Virus genome (UHGV): UHGV-0397187
Direction: 5' to 3' (one strand)
DNA: 41,531 nt
Source of the DNA: a virus
In this document: positions 38,938 to 41,531 of the stretch, piece by piece
Position numbering within the stretch: position 1 is the stretch's first letter
Layout of the letters: each line of letters begins with the position of its first letter
The notes under the pieces: model-generated
Database searches by the model: none
What the model saw: the letters and a program-made list of their open reading frames with translations, nothing else
What the model was told of the DNA's origin: nothing
Translations under genes and position numbers: made by a program

Positions 38938-39614
38938 GCAAATACACCGAACTGATCACGAACTACCACGCCACCAAACCTAAATTTCTTGCACATGTTG
39001 ATCTGATGACCCGGCCGCTTATTGATGTTGCGGCTGCCACCAGAGGGCTGATTACTGCATTTGATATTGACTCTGCGGTTGGTGTGCAACTTGACATTCT
39101 TGGATTGTGGATCGGACGTAGCCGTGTTGTCAGCCAGCCTATCTCAGGTGTCTATTTCAGCTGGGATACCGACGGGCTTGGATATGATCAGGGTGTATGG
39201 CAGGGGCCATACGATCCTGATTCCGGATACATGTACCTCAGCGATGAAACTTATCGTGTCATCCTTAAAGCGAAGATTGCGATTAATAACTGGGATGGAC
39301 GGAATGATTCGCTTCCGGCAATTCTTGACGCGGCGACAGCAGGATCCGGACTGCGAATGCAGATAGTCGATAACCAGGACATGACGATATCGGTCTGGGT
39401 CTTTCCTGATACTGATATTTCAGATGTATCGCGTGAGTTAATTGCTGCAATTAAACAGGGATATCTCACAGTAAAAGCCGCCGGGGTTTGGGCGGGTGGC
39501 ATTGAAACACCTTCGGTGGAAACTCCATCGGAAGGTTCAAAATTTTTTGGTTTTGATATGGATAACGAATTCATCAGTGGTTTTGATGTAGGGGCATGGG
39601 GAGTATTACTCTGA
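38934..39614 (+). CDS. baseplate/tail protein (gpI-like)
   Basis: 226-aa ORF immediately upstream of the tail fibre gene. Confidence 0.55.
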
Positions 39615-40309
39615 TGGCGAAAAATGACTTTAAAGCGTTTGCAACTGATCGGAATGCCAATGTTATGTCGCAGGAGGAATGGGAAGCGTTGCCTGCGCTT
39701 TTATCCGGATTTACAGCAGGGAAAGCATCCAGTGCGCAAGTCAATAAGGTTATTCGGCAGGCCAGCTTTATTGCTGCAGCTCTGGCCCAGTTTGTAAGTG
39801 ACAAAACGCAACGGGATGTGCTTGATAATGGTGATCTGCCCGGTTTTGTTGAATTGCTGGGATCGGGGTTTGCTGTTGAATACCTGAGCCGCAAGAATCC
39901 GTTTGGCGATATCAAATCGGATGGCACGGTGAAAACGGCTCTCGAAAACCTTGGTTTGGGAGAAGCGGCGAAAAGGGATGTGGGCACAGGAGATAATCAG
40001 ATACCGGATATGGGAGCATTCGCTTCTGGTTCGGGATGGTTCAGGCTACCAGGTGGATATATTGTTCAGTTTGGCACTTTTTCAGGAAACACGACCCGCT
40101 TTATCAGTGGACACTTCCCTATACCATTCCCTAATCAGCCGATGGTTTCAGTCAGTGTTATGTCTGATGCCGTTCAGTCAGACCCGTCGAATCCTGCCCC
40201 GCAGGTTTTGTCTGTAAATTTTGAACATATCAGTAATTCAGCGTGGCGTGTGGCAACCAGTGATATCTCACAGCAATACAGATTCAGTTATATTTCGATA
40301 GGACGGTAG
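39614..40309 (+). CDS. tail fibre protein with invertible C-terminal half
   Basis: ATG at 39614 overlaps the previous stop; the hix-like site lies inside the coding region at 39939-39964, splitting a constant N-terminus from a variable C-terminus. Confidence 0.8.
   Translation: MAKNDFKAFATDRNANVMSQEEWEALPALLSGFTAGKASSAQVNKVIRQASFIAAALAQFVSDKTQRDVLDNGDLPGFVELLGSGFAVEYLSRKNPFGDIKSDGTVKTALENLGLGEAAKRDVGTGDNQIPDMGAFASGSGWFRLPGGYIVQFGTFSGNTTRFISGHFPIPFPNQPMVSVSVMSDAVQSDPSNPAPQVLSVNFEHISNSAWRVATSDISQQYRFSYISIGR
39939..39964. other. hix/gix-like 26-bp crossover site (left, inside tail fibre gene)
   Basis: ctctcgaaaacc-tt-ggtttgggagaa, exact reverse complement of 41482-41507. Confidence 0.8.
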
Positions 40310-40311
40310 AA

Positions 40312-40752
40312 ATGCAGAAATATATTTTCAGTGCCGATAAAAATGCGTTTTTCCCTGTGGAGCTTAAAATCGCTTATCAGGAATCCGGCGAATGGCCCGA
40401 TGATGGAATCGAAATTGACGACACTGTTGCCGCCGAATTTATGAAGGAAGCACCAGAAGGAAAATACAGAGGTGTCATCGACGGAATGCCTGCATGGATT
40501 GATATTCCACCGCCAACTCATGAGGAACAAATTGCCGCAGCCGAACTGGAAAAGCAGCAATTGATTAATCAGGTCAACGAATACATAAACAGTAAGCAAT
40601 GGCCTGGTAAAGCGGCGATTGGTCGCCTGAAAGGTGAGGAACTGGCGCAATATAATTTGTGGCTGGATTATCTGGACGCACTGGAGCTGGTCGATACTTC
40701 CGGTGCGCCAGATATTGAATGGCCTACGCCTCCGGTAACTCAGGCCAGCTAA
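40312..40752 (+). CDS. tfa: tail fibre assembly protein (Tfa)
   Basis: 146-aa ORF right after the fibre; C-terminal VDTSGAPDIEWP motif shared with Tfa'. Confidence 0.8.
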   Translation: MQKYIFSADKNAFFPVELKIAYQESGEWPDDGIEIDDTVAAEFMKEAPEGKYRGVIDGMPAWIDIPPPTHEEQIAAAELEKQQLINQVNEYINSKQWPGKAAIGRLKGEELAQYNLWLDYLDALELVDTSGAPDIEWPTPPVTQAS

Positions 40753-41119
40753 TCTCAGGAGCCGTCGAAGTGTCGACGGCTTTTACTTCTTTTTTGTAGT
40801 ACATCCAGGCGGATAGTTTTTCTTTATCTGTACTGCTAATATCACCAAGCATTAATTCCACTCGCCAGTCAGCTGTGACATTATCGGCATGAGAAAGTAA
40901 CTGCATTCGCTGATTTTCCGCACGTGCGACATAATCAATCACCGGGGATTTCAGTACCGGTAAACCATTTTCATCTGACGTAATTAATTTACCCCCTTCC
41001 TGCTGTCCGGCAATTAATTCATTGTATAAGTCTGTACTTATCTCAACAATGTCAGCAGGCATGTCGCTGTTTATACCATCGAAGAAAAAACCATTAGTCG
41101 ATTTTGAGAAATAAATCAT
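40724..41119 (-). CDS. alternative tail fibre assembly protein (Tfa')
   Basis: MIYFSKSTNGFFFDG...; C-terminus ...VDTSTAPEISWP parallels Tfa; convergent with Tfa and overlapping its 3' end. Confidence 0.75.
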   Translation of the reverse strand: MIYFSKSTNGFFFDGINSDMPADIVEISTDLYNELIAGQQEGGKLITSDENGLPVLKSPVIDYVARAENQRMQLLSHADNVTADWRVELMLGDISSTDKEKLSAWMYYKKEVKAVDTSTAPEISWPELPEA

Positions 41120-41127
41120 AGATATAC

Positions 41128-41531
41128 CTATACACCGATTGCTACCCAAAAACAGGACCTTTCATATTTGACAATTTCTCCCTGAGATATACCGCCAACA
41201 ATTATATAGAACTGTGATTTGCTGATATCAGAACAGTTCGCTATGCCCATTGCAGATATACCCGCCACCGACGTTGTATGTGGTACAGCCAACAGCGCAA
41301 GTGAACGATTTGGGAATGTTACCGGGTAAGTCACCGTATAGTTTGATGCTCCACTGACAATACCCCACTGAATAATCAGACCCGAAGGTAGTTTTTGAAA
41401 ACCCGTTGATGAAAGTGAACTGGCAAACGCCGCCATATCCGGAATTTGGTTTTGCCCGTTACCTACATTCCGTTTTGCCGCTTCTCCCAAACCAAGGTTT
41501 TCGAGAGCCGTTTTCACCGTGCCATCCGATT
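41128..41531 (-). CDS. alternative tail fibre C-terminal segment (no own start; expressed only after inversion)
   Basis: Minus-strand translation ...[41 protein letters not shown]... shares the constant-region junction with the fibre at 39614-40309, then diverges. Confidence 0.75.
   Translation of the reverse strand, partial: SDGTVKTALENLGLGEAAKRNVGNGQNQIPDMAAFASSLSSTGFQKLPSGLIIQWGIVSGASNYTVTYPVTFPNRSLALLAVPHTTSVAGISAMGIANCSDISKSQFYIIVGGISQGEIVKYERSCFWVAIGV
41482..41507. other. hix/gix-like 26-bp crossover site (right)
   Basis: ttctcccaaacc-aa-ggttttcgagag; near-palindromic half-sites around a 2-bp core. Confidence 0.8.

Larger units (their letters stand above)
39939..41507. mobile_element. 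site-specific invertible DNA segment (Hin/Gin/Pin-type tail-fibre host-range switch)
   Basis: Bounded by inverted 26-bp hix-like sites; contains fibre C-terminus plus Tfa on plus strand and Tfa' plus alternative fibre C-terminus on minus strand. Confidence 0.8.

Noticed and set aside
41461-41531. Window end joining to window start as a circular phage genome
   Set aside because: Joining would place two crossover sites about 90 bp apart in direct orientation, the fibre frames do not join in phase, and the pin gene at the start is internally deleted; adjacent prophage remnants fit better.

Overview
The window is almost entirely one mosaic temperate-phage (prophage) genome, read left to right in prophage order. 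All calls rest on reading the six-frame translations and the DNA by eye and on recalled family similarity; no search was run.

Layout:
- 1-875: junction. A Hin/Gin-type crossover site and an internally deleted pin-like invertase, then an AT-rich, repeat-rich candidate attL.
- 876-7012 (minus strand): lambda-type int and xis, then a Rac-prophage-type early-left operon (lar/ralR, recT, recE, racC, ydaE, kilR).
- 7964-8845: immunity switch. An HTH repressor divergent from a Cro-like gene, with palindromic operators on both sides of the repressor.
- 8842-10889: YdaT-like gene, replication initiator with iteron-like palindromes, DnaC-like loader.
- 10912-17102: nin-like accessory region. It holds three tandem paralogues plus a PD-(D/E)xK-like gene, a hok-family toxin, rem-like, DUF1367-like and YbcO-like genes, and a Q-like antiterminator.
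- 17099-18985: late promoter PR' and tR' terminator, then a moron block (ORF6N-like protein, AT-rich membrane protein, convergent small ORF).
- 19081-20441: lysis cassette (dual-start holin, lambda R-type endolysin, overlapped Rz/Rz1).
- 20665-29673: terminase small and large subunits, portal, Mu-F-like head protein, scaffold, major capsid, head-tail genes.
- 29677-39614: contractile-tail module (sheath, tube, frameshifted chaperone, tape measure, baseplate V/W/J/I-like), interrupted by an AT-rich two-gene secreted-protein cassette.
- 39614-41531: tail fibre with a Hin-type invertible C-terminal segment carrying Tfa, Tfa' and an alternative fibre tip. The cognate invertase would lie beyond the window end.

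The best candidates for an undescribed system are the moron block at 17373-18985, the paralogue array at 12839-14608 and the secreted-protein cassette at 35905-36613. No rRNA, tRNA or CRISPR array was recognised.
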